Shown in pieces: positions 1 through 10,702 of a DNA stretch of 40,921 nt. Made by a program: the position numbers and the translations under genes. Each line of letters begins with the position of its first letter. Positions within the stretch are counted from its first letter, which is position 1. Origin of the DNA: a virus (lineage: Duplodnaviria; Heunggongvirae; Uroviricota; Caudoviricetes); the IMG/VR virus record IMGVR_UViG_2740892440_000004, positions 1 through 40,921 of that record. One strand, 5' to 3'. The notes below the pieces were generated by a model that was not told the DNA's origin, did no database searches, and worked only from the letters and a program-made list of their open reading frames with translations.

Positions 1-1374
1 ATGTTAGTTAGTAAAAGCAACGGATTTAACGCTAGCGCAGTTTTGGGTAGTGGAAGTTATAATGAAAATAAATCTTCTAAACACATGGAGCTACTAGCTC
101 ATAGTATTTTAAAATTAATTTGTAAGGAAGCTGCATCAGAGACGTATCGCGGTGCTCTTGAAACTTTACAAAAAATGATGTCTGAATGTATATATCAAGA
201 AGGCAACGCCTTTGTCATTATGGGAGCTGGAGAGCAATTAAAACGTATTAAATATGAAGTTGGTGAAAATAACTTAAAGGTATTCAACGTACACTTTAAT
301 AATAATCACGAGTTAGTTAGTTCTGGTGAGCCTGACGTAATATGTTTAAGCAAGCAGGTCTGGGAAAATCTTCTCATTAAACTAAAGCTGGAAAACAATG
401 AAAATGTGTTTTCTGAAACTAAAAAATTATCGAATAAAAATAATGCCGATCAGTTTTTTGAATGCGCTAAAAGAAATGAACAGAACCTTTTCGATAATAT
501 AAGAAAAAGTGATTTTCATGTTGGTTTACTTAAGCCAAGTAGTACGCGTAGTGTTATTTTAGAAACGCCGCCAAATGTCTGTATGGAATCACGTAATTCA
601 TATGAAAACAAAATAGATGAGATTTCATCTTTGTCAGAGTCAAAGGAACACCCCATAGATATTCAAGAAAAAAAAGATGCGTTTGTGAATGAGTTCAAGG
701 GGATATTATTTGATAAAAATGGAAGGTCTTCAGAGTTTCTACTTAATTTTTATGAATGTTGCTATGAGTTTTTACCAAGAGCGCAGCCTCAGGATAAAAT
801 CGAAAGCTATAATTCAGCACTGCAAGCTTTCTCCATCTTTTGTTCATCTACGTTGATACATAATAATATAGGCTTTGATTTCAAATTATTTCCAGAAGTC
901 AAACTGTGTGGGGAAAATCTTGAAACGGTATTCAAATATAAAAATGGCGATGATGTCCGGGAGATAGCCAAAATTAACATTACTCTCCAAAAAGAAGAGG
1001 ATGGTTTATATAATTTAGGTGGATTGGATTTTAAGGGATGCTTCTTTTCTGGACAGAACTTCAGTAACTATGATATTCAATATGTGAACTGGGGAACGTC
1101 ATTGTTTGATCTTGATACTCCGTGTATTTTTAATGCGCCTGCTTACAACAAGAGTAATGAAAAATCATTAAAACCTGTGAGCGAAAACGGTTTAAGTGGA
1201 GTCTTGACTGATCGTAATAATAAAATAAAACTCATCACGGGCGTGGCACCATTCGATGATATTTTATTTATGGATGATGACTTTGATGATAGTTCCTCTG
1301 AGGATGATCCCGTTGAGAATAGTCCTGTTGTGACTAGTCCCGTTGTATCAAGTTCTAAAAGCAGTTTTCAATGA
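1..1374 (+). CDS. hypothetical protein, low-GC, acidic Ser/Asp-rich C-terminal tail; ORF begins at the window edge so the 5' end may be incomplete
   Basis: 457-codon open frame from base 1; AT-rich composition unlike the phage backbone; no catalytic motif recognised. Confidence 0.5.
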   Translation: MLVSKSNGFNASAVLGSGSYNENKSSKHMELLAHSILKLICKEAASETYRGALETLQKMMSECIYQEGNAFVIMGAGEQLKRIKYEVGENNLKVFNVHFNNNHELVSSGEPDVICLSKQVWENLLIKLKLENNENVFSETKKLSNKNNADQFFECAKRNEQNLFDNIRKSDFHVGLLKPSSTRSVILETPPNVCMESRNSYENKIDEISSLSESKEHPIDIQEKKDAFVNEFKGILFDKNGRSSEFLLNFYECCYEFLPRAQPQDKIESYNSALQAFSIFCSSTLIHNNIGFDFKLFPEVKLCGENLETVFKYKNGDDVREIAKINITLQKEEDGLYNLGGLDFKGCFFSGQNFSNYDIQYVNWGTSLFDLDTPCIFNAPAYNKSNEKSLKPVSENGLSGVLTDRNNKIKLITGVAPFDDILFMDDDFDDSSSEDDPVENSPVVTSPVVSSSKSSFQ

Positions 1375-1536
1375 TTAATAAATGGCTATTTTTACAAAGA
1401 GATAATAACGTAGATTGAAACAATATGTATTATTGATTGATTAAACGGGATTATTTTTTACACTACAACCATTTTGCTGCCACTACCAAAGAAAAAGGGG
1501 CTACGCTTTCACGTAACCCCTTGATTTATTTGTTGA

Positions 1537-1554
1537 GCTGGCGGTGTCTGAATT
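1537..1554. repeat. degenerate att-like repeat (gctggcggtgtctgaatt) related to the tmRNA 3' end; copy 1
   Basis: 18-mer differs by 1 nt from the copy at 5703-5720 and resembles the gctggcgggagttgaa segment of the ssrA 3' end at 18123-18167. Confidence 0.3.
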
Positions 1555-1647
1555 GGTGCTGTAATTGGTTGAAATATTTATTCTAATGTCTGGTTCAACT
1601 TTCCTTAGCTGCCTGAAAGTTTTTTTGATCTTACCCATCAATAATAG

Positions 1648-1708
1648 GGTTACGGTACACCACGCCTGACTGATGAACTGCGTGCTCAGGGTTACCTCTT
1701 CAACGTAA
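1648..1708 (+). pseudogene. possible IS3-family transposase remnant (very short)
   Basis: frame-1 translation ...GYGTPRLTDELRAQGYLFNVK resembles a conserved stretch of IS3-family OrfB from memory; truncated where the recombinase fragment begins. Confidence 0.25.
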
Positions 1709-1870
1709 AACCGTGGCAGGAGGTCCGGACTGAAAAAACTGCTCAGGACATTATCGGCGGTGGACGCACGGGTAGTCTGTAAACCGAACCGACTGGGGCG
1801 CAGTATGTGGCATCTTGTCGTGCTGTTGGAGGAGCTGTGCAAACGTGGTATTAACTTTCGTGCTCTGGCC
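1709..1870 (+). pseudogene. serine recombinase (Pin/Hin/Gin invertase family) internal fragment
   Basis: translation GLKKLLRTLSAVDARVVCKPNRLGRSMWHLVVLLEELCKRGINFRAL matches the central conserved region of DNA invertases (..GDTLVVWKLDRLGRS..LxxELxxRGIxFRSL); N-terminal catalytic Ser region and C-terminal HTH absent. Confidence 0.55.
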
Positions 1871-2276
1871 CAATCTATATTTGCCCAACAATGGGGGGAC
1901 GAATGCTGTAAAAGTAAAAGAATCTGCGATCTCAAAGTTATTGTGTGATTTTTATGTGAGCAGAAGATATTCATCAGAAACGATTATGTAAATCATTTTA
2001 TTTTGCCGACGACCTGATTGTCGAAAGAAAAGAATACCCCCGTATTCCCTGAATAGATTGACTTTTTTATCCAACCATACTTCAGCGCACTGCGTTTAAA
2101 AAATGCTTCTTTCTTATGTGGAATATCATCATTTCATCATGATGTCTTTGATGAGCGGTGAACACAATACACTTGCGCTGTCTCTTCAGGATGAATCCCC
2201 TGGTCTGGTGCCTGTGGCTGATGTTGCAGCAGAGCTAAGGTCGCTTAAACGCTACTCAGTATTCACTTTTCAGAGG

Positions 2277-5200
2277 ATGAAATTTATGAACAGGACCAGT
2301 CCCCATTATTGTCGCCGCTCAGTACTTTCCTTATTGATATCTGCCTTGATATATGCCCCGCCCGGTATGGCGGCCTTCACTCCTGATGTTATTGGTGTGG
2401 TAAACGATGAGACTGTAGATGGCAACCAAAAAGTGGATGAACGAGGTACAACAAATAACACTCATATTATCAACCATGGCCAGCAGAATGTTCATGGCGG
2501 GGTATCTAATGGAAGTCTTATTGAATCTGGTGGATATCAAGATATAGGAAGTCATAACAATTTTGTGGGGCAGGCTAATAATACAACCATTAACGGTGGC
2601 AGACAGTCAATTCATGACGGGGGTATTTCCACAGGTACGACAATCGAGAGTGGCAATCAGGACGTTTATAAAGGGGGTATCAGCAATGGAACGACAATTA
2701 AGGGCGGTGCTTCACGCGTAGAGGGAGGGAGTGCGAATGGAATACTCATTGATGGTGGTAGCCAGATAGTAAAAGTTCAAGGGCATGCTGATGGTACAAC
2801 GATAAATAAGTCTGGCTCTCAGGACGTAGTACAAGGAAGTCTGGCAACGAACACAACCATAAATGGTGGTCGACAGTATGTTGAACAGAGCACAGTAGAA
2901 ACAACAACCATTAAAAATGGCGGTGAGCAAAGAGTATATGAGAGCCGTGCGCTGGACACGACGATTGAAGGCGGAACTCAGTCTCTGAATAGTAAGTCAA
3001 CGGCAAAAATTACGCAGATCTATTCTGGTGGCACGCAAATTGTTGATAACACCAGCACCTCGGATGTTATTGAAGTTTATTCCGGTGGCGTGCTTGATGT
3101 TAGTGGTGGTACGGCAACAAATGTTACCCAGCACGATGGTGCAATTTTAAAAACAAACACTAACGGTACGACGGTGAGCGGTACGAATAGTGAAGGTGCA
3201 TTCTCCATCCACAATAAAGTGGAAGACAATGTGTTGCTGGAAAATGGAGGCCATTTAGAAGTATCTCATTCCGCAAACAAGACGATTATTAAAGATAAAG
3301 GAACAATGTCAGTTTTAACGAATGCTAAAGCTGATGCGACCCGAATAGATAATGGCGGGGTTATGGATGTTGCAGGAAACGCGACAAATACCATAATTAA
3401 TGGTGGCACACAGAATCTTAATAATTATGGCATAGCCACAGGCACCAATATCAACAGCGGAACGCAAAATATCAAAAGCGGTGGGAAAGCTGACACAACA
3501 ATTATATCCTCCGGGAGCCAGCAAGTTGTTGAGAAAGATGGTACGGCAATTGGCAGCAATATTAGCGCCGGAGGCTCGCTGATTGTCTATACCGGCGGTA
3601 TTGCACATGGGGTTAACCAGGAGACGGGCAGTGCTTTAGTTGCCAACACGGGCGCAGGGACTGATATTGAAGGATACAACAAGCTCTCTCACTTCACTAT
3701 TACCGGAGGGGAGGCTAATTATGTTGTGCTGGAAAATACCGGCGAACTGACGGTAGTGGCTAAAACCTCGGCGAAAAATACTACCGTTGATGCTGGCGGT
3801 AAGCTGATTGTCCAGAAGGAGGCTAAAACAGATACCACCAGACTTAATAATGGTGGCGTTCTGGAGGTTCAGGACGGTGGTGAGGCTAAGCATGTTGAGC
3901 AACAATCCGGCGGCGCATTAATTGCTTCCACAACTTCCGGAACCCTTATCGAAGGAACCAACAGTTATGGTGATGCTTTCTACATCAGGAATTCAGAAGC
4001 TAAAAATGTAGTGCTGGAAAACGCTGGCTCATTAACAGTCGTCACTGGTTCCCGGGCAGTTGATACGATTATTAATGCCAACGGCAAAATGGATGTTTAT
4101 GGAAAAGATGTTGGCACTGTACTTAATAGTGCTGGCACCCAAACAATATATGCCAGTGCCACTTCTGATAAAGCAAATATCAAAGGTGGCAAGCAAACGG
4201 TATATGGTTTAGCCACTGAGGCAAATATTGAAAGTGGTGAACAAATTGTTGATGGTGGGTCAACTGACAAAACGCACATCAATGGCGGCACACAAACCGT
4301 TCAGAATTATGGTAAGGCGATCAATACCGATATCGTCTCTGGCCTACAACAAATTATGGCAAACGGGATAGCGGAAGGTTCCATTATTAATGGGTGTTCA
4401 CAGGTAGTTAATGAGGGCGGTCTGGCTGAAAACTCGGTGCTTAATGACGGCGGCACACTCGATGTGCGGGAGAAAGGCAGCGCAACGGGGATACAGCAGA
4501 GTAGCCAGGGCGCTTTGGTTGCAACCACCAGGGCGACGCGGGTCACAGGAACACGCGCGGATGGCGTCGCGTTCAGCATCGAGCAGGGTGCGGCGAACAA
4601 TATCCTGCTGGCAAATGGCGGCGTGTTAACCGTGGAGTCAGACACCTCTTCTGACAAAACACAGGTCAATACGGGCGGACGGGAGATCGTCAAAACAAAA
4701 GCCACTGCGACAGGCACGACGCTCACCGGCGGCGAACAAATCGTCGAGGGGGTGGCGAATGAGACAACGATTAACGACGGCGGAATACAAACAGTTTCAG
4801 CTAACGGAGAGGCAATAAAAACAAAGATCAATGAAGGCGGTACGCTGACAGTTAACGATAATGGCAAAGCGACAGATATCGTCCAGAACAGCGGTGCCGC
4901 TCTCCAGACGAGCACGGCTAACGGTATTGAAATCAGCGGTACTCACCAGTACGGCACTTTTTCCATTTCCGGCAATTTAGCGACCAATATGTTGCTGGAA
5001 AATGGCGGTAATTTATTGGTATTAGCAGGTACCGAAGCTCGCGACTCCACGGTTGGCAGCGGTGGAGCCGCCAACGGCAGTTATCGCAGCTACGGGCTGG
5101 GCGGTCACATTGAAACCGGGATGCGATTTACCGATGGTAACTGGAACCTGACGCCGTATGCATCGTTAACGGGGGTTCACCGCTGATAACCCTGAATATC

Positions 5201-5541
5201 ATTTATCCAATGGCATGGAATCGAAATCAGTCGATACCCGCAGTTTATATCGTGAACTGGGTGCAACGCTGAGTTACAACATGCGTCTGGGGAACGGTAT
5301 GGAAGTTGAGCCGTGGCTGAAGGCGGCTGTGCGCAAAGAATTTGTCGATGATAACCGGGTGAAAGTGAATAGTGACGGTAATTTCGTCAATGATTTGTCG
5401 GGCAGACGTGGAATATACCAGGCAGGTATTAAAGCCTCATTCAGCAGTACGTTAAGCGGGCATCTTGGGGTGGGGTATAGCCATGGTGCCGGTGTGGAAT
5501 CCCCGTGGAACGGGGTAGCTGGTGTGAACTGGTCGTTCTGA
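2277..5541 (+). pseudogene. AIDA-I-type autotransporter adhesin, interrupted by a frameshift near 5170-5183
   Basis: RBS plus ATG at 2277; signal-peptide-like N-terminus; approx. 900 aa of degenerate GG-x-Q-x-V-x-GG / T-T-I-x-GG beta-helical repeats; C-terminal ...GVNWSF ending in aromatic residue typical of OM beta-barrels; passenger frame stops at 5186 and continues in +1 frame (ORF 5215-5541). Confidence 0.7.
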
Positions 5542-5702
5542 CCATCAACGAAAAAGCCACATCTGTGGGCTTTCATGTCACCAGGAGCCGCGGCTCCTTT
5601 GCGTATCCTTTTATGTCTCTTCACCGTCTGGTCGGTGTCCTGCTGAGACTGCTAACTTCCTGTTTTTATTGGTGTTGTCCTTATACCGTCCAATCATGAT
5701 TG

Positions 5703-5720
5703 GCTGGCGGAGTCTGAATT
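5703..5720. repeat. degenerate att-like repeat (gctggcggagtctgaatt); copy 2, probable distal boundary of the P4-like element
   Basis: near-identical to 1537-1554 and related to the tmRNA 3' end fragment at 18123-18167. Confidence 0.3.
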
Positions 5721-5878
5721 TGTATGTTATATCTATGTTTTAATTGGTTATTTATTTAAGTTGTTTTTGTTTGTATACCTAAGCGTATACCAATAGCGGG
5801 GTGCAATACTTATTGAACTTTAAAAAAATCACGCTAAATAGGTCTTCTATATTCAAAAAAACTCTTTTTTCAATAAAT

Positions 5879-5957
5879 TGTTCACACTGTTCACTTTGGA
5901 TTTTTACCATTCAAAATCAAGGAAATAGAAGTTAACTGTACGGTGAAGAGTGAACAG
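5879..5957. repeat. iteron-like octamer cluster (TGTTCACA, TGTTCACT, GGTGAAGA, GTGAACAG), possible P4 crr/ori-like alpha-binding region
   Basis: four copies of a TGTTCAC-type octamer in both orientations within 80 bp immediately beyond the 3' end of the alpha gene; recalled P4 ori/crr iteron is TGTTCACC. Confidence 0.35.
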
Positions 5958-5980
5958 ATAACTCTACATTCTTGTGCCAG

Positions 5981-6010
5981 CAAAAATAAAACCCGGCATC
6001 AGCCGGGTTA
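5981..6010 (-). terminator. rho-independent terminator downstream of the alpha operon
   Basis: perfect hairpin acccggc-atca-gccgggt followed on the minus strand by a T-run (plus-strand A-run 5982-5990). Confidence 0.5.
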
Positions 6011-6017
6011 GTTGTAA

Positions 6018-8351
6018 TTATTTGATTGTTGGCTCATCGCACTTGGGTAGCCAGTCTGCATTACTTTCCTCTTTTAAAGTGAGGTTAGTCTGCATTCCCT
6101 GATTAGTTCGCCGTTTCTCATAATGTAGCCCGTACTCCTTCAGCATGACTGGCAACCCTTTGCCAAACATCGTAAGACTCAGGGTGTTTTTATATCCATT
6201 AGCCTCCATGTATACGAGGTAGGCATGGTAAAGGTAGGTACGTGGCTGGCGTGGGACAATATTGGCGTTCCCCATAAACATGCCGTTGGTGTCAGGTAAT
6301 GCCTCAAGATAGCCACAAAAATCAAATGCTGGATCAGCATCACGCTTGATGGTGAGAGCCTCATCAGAATTCTGCTGCGACTGAAGCAATGTTCTGGCGC
6401 TCATCGGATCGCTGAAACGCTGCATGAGCTGGCGAACAATCACAGCCAGTTCTCGTGCAATTTTATCTTTCAGCTGCGGATCGCGTTCTTCCGGTGCTAT
6501 CTGCTCAGGAAAATGCAGAATAACTCTCCTGCGGGACACACCACCACTGCGATCAGTGAAGCGCATAGGATTATTATTTACGGCCAGGATAACCGCCGGA
6601 ATATGTGTTGAATAAGCATTCTGATATTTGGGGTCCACCGATACCGCATCGCCACCAGTTATAGCCTTAAGCCCGGCGCCGTCGCCGCTCCACTTCTCCT
6701 GATCAGGCAGGCGAATAAGAGAAAAACCTATCAGAGCCGCACGTTCTCGCGGGGACTCCAGCGTTTCAATGGTCGCAGAGGTGGCGTTATCCTCTCCAGC
6801 AAGCATGGTCGCAATTTCAGCCAGAATACTTTTGCCACTTCCACCAGGGCCAGTCACTTCCAGAAAGAGCTGCCAGTCATAGCGATTCGCCAGCACCATA
6901 AATAACGCCGCAAGAATAATGTCGCGTTTTTCTGGCTTGTGTCCGGCAGCCCGGTCCAGCCAGCGCCAGAATGCCGGGGCATGAGTTTCAAGCGTTTCCC
7001 CCTCTACCGGTGGCGTGAAATCGACTTCACACAGGGTACGCAGCCAGTTCTCTTTACAGTGCGGACTAAACAGCCCTGTTCGCGTATCGAGGACGCCATT
7101 ACGAAAACCGATCAGATGACGTGCCGGATTTTGCTGCTGCGGAACAATTAACTTTAATGTTTCCACCAGTGAAGCAATTTTTCCTGAGGAAAACGGTGCA
7201 CCGAGGCGCTGGAAAAGGGCTGCGACATCTCGGGCAAAATCTGACTGAGAAATCACTTTCCACGCTCCAGACTCGTAGCGGGATAAAAGCTGCCCGTTCG
7301 GATCAACCGCCAGTGCATCCCTGTAATGCTCCCGAACCCTCTGAGCTTTTTCGCTGACACTCATCGCTGTGAATTCTGCTTCACTCATTGTGTCGAAAGG
7401 ACTGGCGTTATGTGGCTTCAAAGCCTCAAGAATTGCCTTCCGGGTGGATTCCTCTCCGTATTGGGTAAGCGCATCATTCCAGTCACCAAAAACCGGTGGC
7501 AGCACAATGTCACACTGACACGCTTTTGCAGCAGTTTCAGCCCTGTTCTGGCCTGAACCATTCAGATCGCGGTCCGCTGCAATAATTAACTGATATCCCG
7601 GATACTTGTTATGGGCAACGCTGGCCAGAGAAAGAAAGTTGACCGACGAAAATGCCACCATGACGGCTTCTCCTGTCAGATGACGAATGGTAAGCGCCGT
7701 GGCGTAACCTTCCGCAATCCACATCCTTCTTACAGAACTCCCGCCCCCTTCTATCAGATGATAGGCCTCCTTAACCTGACCTCCTTTAAGAAAACACTTG
7801 CTACCATTGCCACTGATAAGCTGAATATTCACCAGTTCCCCGTCAGCGTTATAGAGCGGGACGATCAAATCACCGGGGTGGAACATCACCCCACCGGTTT
7901 TATGACCTGAAGTCAGCTCATGGCAAATATGCTCCGGGAAACCTTTATGTGTAAGATAAGTATTTCCGGCAGATTCACGCGAGACTTGCAGTAGTCGCGC
8001 GGCAAGTGCTGCTGCCGCCTGTTTCCCGCCATCTGTATCTGCGGTTGACGTCCAGACTCCAGAAGAGGCTGAAGACAGACTATGTGTCAGTCCATGTATC
8101 CTGTCTGCTGCTTCACTGATATCCACATTCAGTACCTTGCTGACAAGCGCTAAACCGTCCCCAGCCCCGCACTGGTTGCAGAACCATGTTCCACGTCCTT
8201 CCAGATCGTCGAAGCGAAAACGATCTTTACCGGCGCAGACCGGACAAGGCTGATGGCGATTTTTCAGTATGTTCATACCCAGCGCTGGCAAAATCCGCGC
8301 CCAGTGACCGCGGGCAGCCTTCACGGCCTGACTGACTTTCATTCCTGACAT
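6018..8351 (-). CDS. P4 alpha-type primase/helicase (replication protein)
   Basis: Zn-finger primase motif CPVCAGKDRFRFDDLEGRGTWFCNQCGAGDG, Walker A GPGGSGKS; approx. 777 aa; start set at the ATG preceded by GAGGGAG rather than the upstream alternative start in the ORF track. Confidence 0.9.
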   Translation of the reverse strand: MSGMKVSQAVKAARGHWARILPALGMNILKNRHQPCPVCAGKDRFRFDDLEGRGTWFCNQCGAGDGLALVSKVLNVDISEAADRIHGLTHSLSSASSGVWTSTADTDGGKQAAAALAARLLQVSRESAGNTYLTHKGFPEHICHELTSGHKTGGVMFHPGDLIVPLYNADGELVNIQLISGNGSKCFLKGGQVKEAYHLIEGGGSSVRRMWIAEGYATALTIRHLTGEAVMVAFSSVNFLSLASVAHNKYPGYQLIIAADRDLNGSGQNRAETAAKACQCDIVLPPVFGDWNDALTQYGEESTRKAILEALKPHNASPFDTMSEAEFTAMSVSEKAQRVREHYRDALAVDPNGQLLSRYESGAWKVISQSDFARDVAALFQRLGAPFSSGKIASLVETLKLIVPQQQNPARHLIGFRNGVLDTRTGLFSPHCKENWLRTLCEVDFTPPVEGETLETHAPAFWRWLDRAAGHKPEKRDIILAALFMVLANRYDWQLFLEVTGPGGSGKSILAEIATMLAGEDNATSATIETLESPRERAALIGFSLIRLPDQEKWSGDGAGLKAITGGDAVSVDPKYQNAYSTHIPAVILAVNNNPMRFTDRSGGVSRRRVILHFPEQIAPEERDPQLKDKIARELAVIVRQLMQRFSDPMSARTLLQSQQNSDEALTIKRDADPAFDFCGYLEALPDTNGMFMGNANIVPRQPRTYLYHAYLVYMEANGYKNTLSLTMFGKGLPVMLKEYGLHYEKRRTNQGMQTNLTLKEESNADWLPKCDEPTIK

Positions 8352-8365
8352 GATGCAGTTCTCCC

Positions 8366-8689
8366 TCAGTGTAAAACCGGCTTTATAATGTGACGGACGC
8401 ATAACTCATCCATTACGGCTATTCCGAGCTGGGAGAGTGCGGGGCAGGACATTAGAGGACCGGATTCCATCAGGTCTGAAAGCAGGGCGCAGGCGATTTC
8501 CATGCCTTTTGTTTGCCCGTGCTGTCGCAGATAAAAACCTTCAAGCTCACGGGCAATGGCGGTTTCAATTTCATCCAGAGTGAGCTGCAGGTGGCGGTTG
8601 TGCTGATGGCAGATACTCAGCCAGGCGCAGGCAACCGCGCGGCGATATAACGCCAGCCGAAGTGAGAGGGGAAGAGTGCGTGATTTCAT
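8366..8689 (-). CDS. hypothetical protein (107 aa) of the satellite early operon
   Basis: ORF whose start overlaps the upstream stop (ATGA) and whose end overlaps the alpha start. Confidence 0.5.
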   Translation of the reverse strand: MKSRTLPLSLRLALYRRAVACAWLSICHQHNRHLQLTLDEIETAIARELEGFYLRQHGQTKGMEIACALLSDLMESGPLMSCPALSQLGIAVMDELCVRHIIKPVLH

Positions 8690-8913
8690 TGCACCACCTC
8701 CTTGTTCATCAGGTCATCCTGGCAACGCTGTACCACGCCATCAAGCTGTTCTGTCATCAGATAAATCAGGGAAACCAGTTGCTCACATTGAGCACCTGCA
8801 GGTTTTTCATAGCAGTCCTGAAGAACAGCCATTCCGGTGACAAATTCCCCCACGTTACGAAGATGCTTGAGGCGGACAATATCGTCATAAGAAATTGCGG
8901 CGTGATTCATCAC
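8686..8913 (-). CDS. hypothetical protein (75 aa) of the satellite early operon
   Basis: ORF coupled by ATGA overlaps on both sides. Confidence 0.45.
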   Translation of the reverse strand: MMNHAAISYDDIVRLKHLRNVGEFVTGMAVLQDCYEKPAGAQCEQLVSLIYLMTEQLDGVVQRCQDDLMNKEVVQ

Positions 8914-9101
8914 ATCACCTCCCCGGCAGGCAGCCGTGCAGAAAGGGAGAGCACATAATCACGGACCAGCGAAAGGCGTGCAAAGCGCTCATCGCAGGCC
9001 ACGGTGCGAAGCATACAGATGCGGGGTTGAGTGTCAGCACGGCGGATTGCGGCAAGCACAAAGACATATTGCGGGTAAAACGGGGTGAGGGTTGTAGCCA
9101 T
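8910..9101 (-). CDS. hypothetical small protein (approx. 63 aa); the longer 183-aa ORF in the track is probably not real
   Basis: GGAGG upstream of an internal ATG; the long version would span a terminator-like hairpin at 9308-9333. Confidence 0.3.
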   Translation of the reverse strand: MATTLTPFYPQYVFVLAAIRRADTQPRICMLRTVACDERFARLSLVRDYVLSLSARLPAGEVM

Positions 9102-9307
9102 GATGGCAGCCTCCATTGAGTAGCGGTTATTGCTACCACCGGAAACGCCAATTTCACTGGTGGCAGCCCGAACGGGGTTGGCGTAACCGGCCTCAATGGA
9201 TACCGGCCAGCCCGAAGGCTGCCCCGCCCGGACTGCCATTATCTCGAAAGAACCACGGTGTACGCATAAACACCACAGCCTGGAAAATGGGTGTGCCAGA
9301 GCTTCGA

Positions 9308-9333
9308 CGAAAAAAAAGACGCTTGGCGCGTCT
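9308..9333 (-). terminator. rho-independent terminator downstream of the alpA-like gene
   Basis: hairpin agacgc-ttggc-gcgtct followed on the minus strand by an 8-T run. Confidence 0.4.
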
Positions 9334-9460
9334 GGTGTCGCCATTGAGTTTCGCGGAACGCCAATTCCGGCTGCCGATTTTGCGGCAGCGGAAAAACTAT
9401 ACCTGGAAATGACTGCAGGATGCAAGCCAGAAAAATGGGGATTAATGCGTTCAGGCATCA

Positions 9461-9721
9461 TTATGCATCACATCCCCGTCCGCGGGCACTTATACGATCC
9501 GCCATCCATGCGCTTACCTCTGACTGTGCCCAGGCAACATTTTTACCACCAAGTGGGATCTGCTTCGGGAAAGCATCGCGGCTTATCAGGTCGTATATAG
9601 TTGAGCGGGACAAGCCGCATAAATGCATCACCTCGGGAAGACGTAAAAATCGCTCATGCTGGTTCAGCACAGGAAATAATGGCGCAGCCGGAGCTGGCGC
9701 AGAAACAGAAATATCATGCAT
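9461..9721 (-). CDS. alpA: AlpA-family prophage transcriptional regulator / excisionase-like DNA-binding protein
   Basis: 86 aa with HTH segment [39 protein letters not shown] characteristic of AlpA/Vis-type regulators of P4-like elements. Confidence 0.75.
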   Translation of the reverse strand: MHDISVSAPAPAAPLFPVLNQHERFLRLPEVMHLCGLSRSTIYDLISRDAFPKQIPLGGKNVAWAQSEVSAWMADRISARGRGCDA

Positions 9722-10283
9722 TTATCTACCCTCTTTAATTCCTTCATCAGTCCGGATAAATCCCCCCGGATTCAGGTAGTTCCTTATTATGTATATATTT
9801 CTCGCTTACGCACCCATTATTTATTTAGCGTCACATATTGATTTAATGGAATTTAAAACTATATCAAACCACATAAAATGGCATGATAGATATTATGTCT
9901 GCGAACTATAAATACAGGGACATTAATAGGAACTAACTTTCATCCAGGGGTTACTACCCCATAAGTCATAGAACTTAATGGTACTGAAACCGCAACCCAT
10001 TCAGCAGGGATGCACAATTTCTACATATGGCTTTACATTGCAAACCTAACTTCAGGATATACTCATGAATTGCATCAAGCTCAGAAGAATTAGAACCGCA
10101 TAAAATCAATAACCACGCATTCTTAACCTAAAAATATATCCAAATAAATTCATAAAAGACCGAGCAGTTCTAGTTTTATAAAAATCAGATTGAAATGCAA
10201 CACCAGGGAAAGGGGGGAATCATGTTATTTCCCGGCAAAGAAAAATCGTCTATTTCATCATCTGTTGAATACTACTGAAGAGT

Positions 10284-10480
10284 GGTGAATAGTTGTGAGG
10301 AACAATAATGAAATAATCATTCGGAATAAAAATTTCACTTTTGATGAAAAAAAATCATAAATCACGCTACCTTCCGATGAACACTCATGAACAGTCACTG
10401 AATACTGCCTTGTCAACCCTTCACCTCTTAACTAGCTGTATTATCAATTTTTTTATCAAAGTGAACAGTAGTGAATAGTA
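10284..10480. repeat. second iteron-like cluster (GGTGAATA, ATGAACAG, GGTGAAGG, GTGAACAG, GTGAATAG) in an AT-rich non-coding region; possible ori-like site
   Basis: at least five TGAAC/TA-type octamers in a 200-bp ORF-free segment about 4.4 kb from the cluster at 5879-5957. Confidence 0.3.
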
Positions 10481-10544
10481 TTTATTAAAGGAAAGTTGAA
10501 GATCAGACATGACACATTTCTCTGGCTAGCCAGAACAAGGTCAT

Positions 10545-10562
10545 TGTTCTGTCACTGACACA
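10545..10562 (+). promoter_or_regulatory. TGT-N12-ACA element (Ogr/Delta-dependent late promoter motif) upstream of the sid-like operon
   Basis: TGTTCTGTCACTGACACA about 75-90 bp upstream of the sid-like start, matching the P2/P4 late-activator site consensus. Confidence 0.5.
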
Positions 10563-10702
10563 ATCCCCCTCGGTAGTGCGCTTGTATGGGCATCGGCACA
10601 ATTGACACGACAACAAAACACTACCGGAGCATTCATGACTACTGTTAACCAGATCTCTGATGCAAACATTACATCCTCCCTCCCGCCGAAAATTCGCGAA
10701 GC

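Noticed and set aside
1501-1974. 157-aa minus-strand ORF
   Set aside because: It runs antisense to the serine-recombinase and IS-like remnants, has no RBS and reads as low-complexity sequence; treated as a spurious ORF.
2331-4915. Several minus-strand ORFs (74-202 aa) inside the autotransporter gene
   Set aside because: They are antisense to a long repeat-rich coding region with clear protein-family signal on the plus strand; typical shadow ORFs.
2400-5100. Repetitive DNA in the autotransporter as a CRISPR array or tandem-repeat locus
   Set aside because: The repeats are imperfect, in-frame and encode beta-helix units; there are no short identical direct repeats with unique spacers anywhere in the window.
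8910-9461. 183-aa ORF in the satellite early region
   Set aside because: The long version crosses a terminator-like hairpin and an AT-rich putative promoter region; only the distal part with an RBS-preceded ATG was kept, at low confidence.
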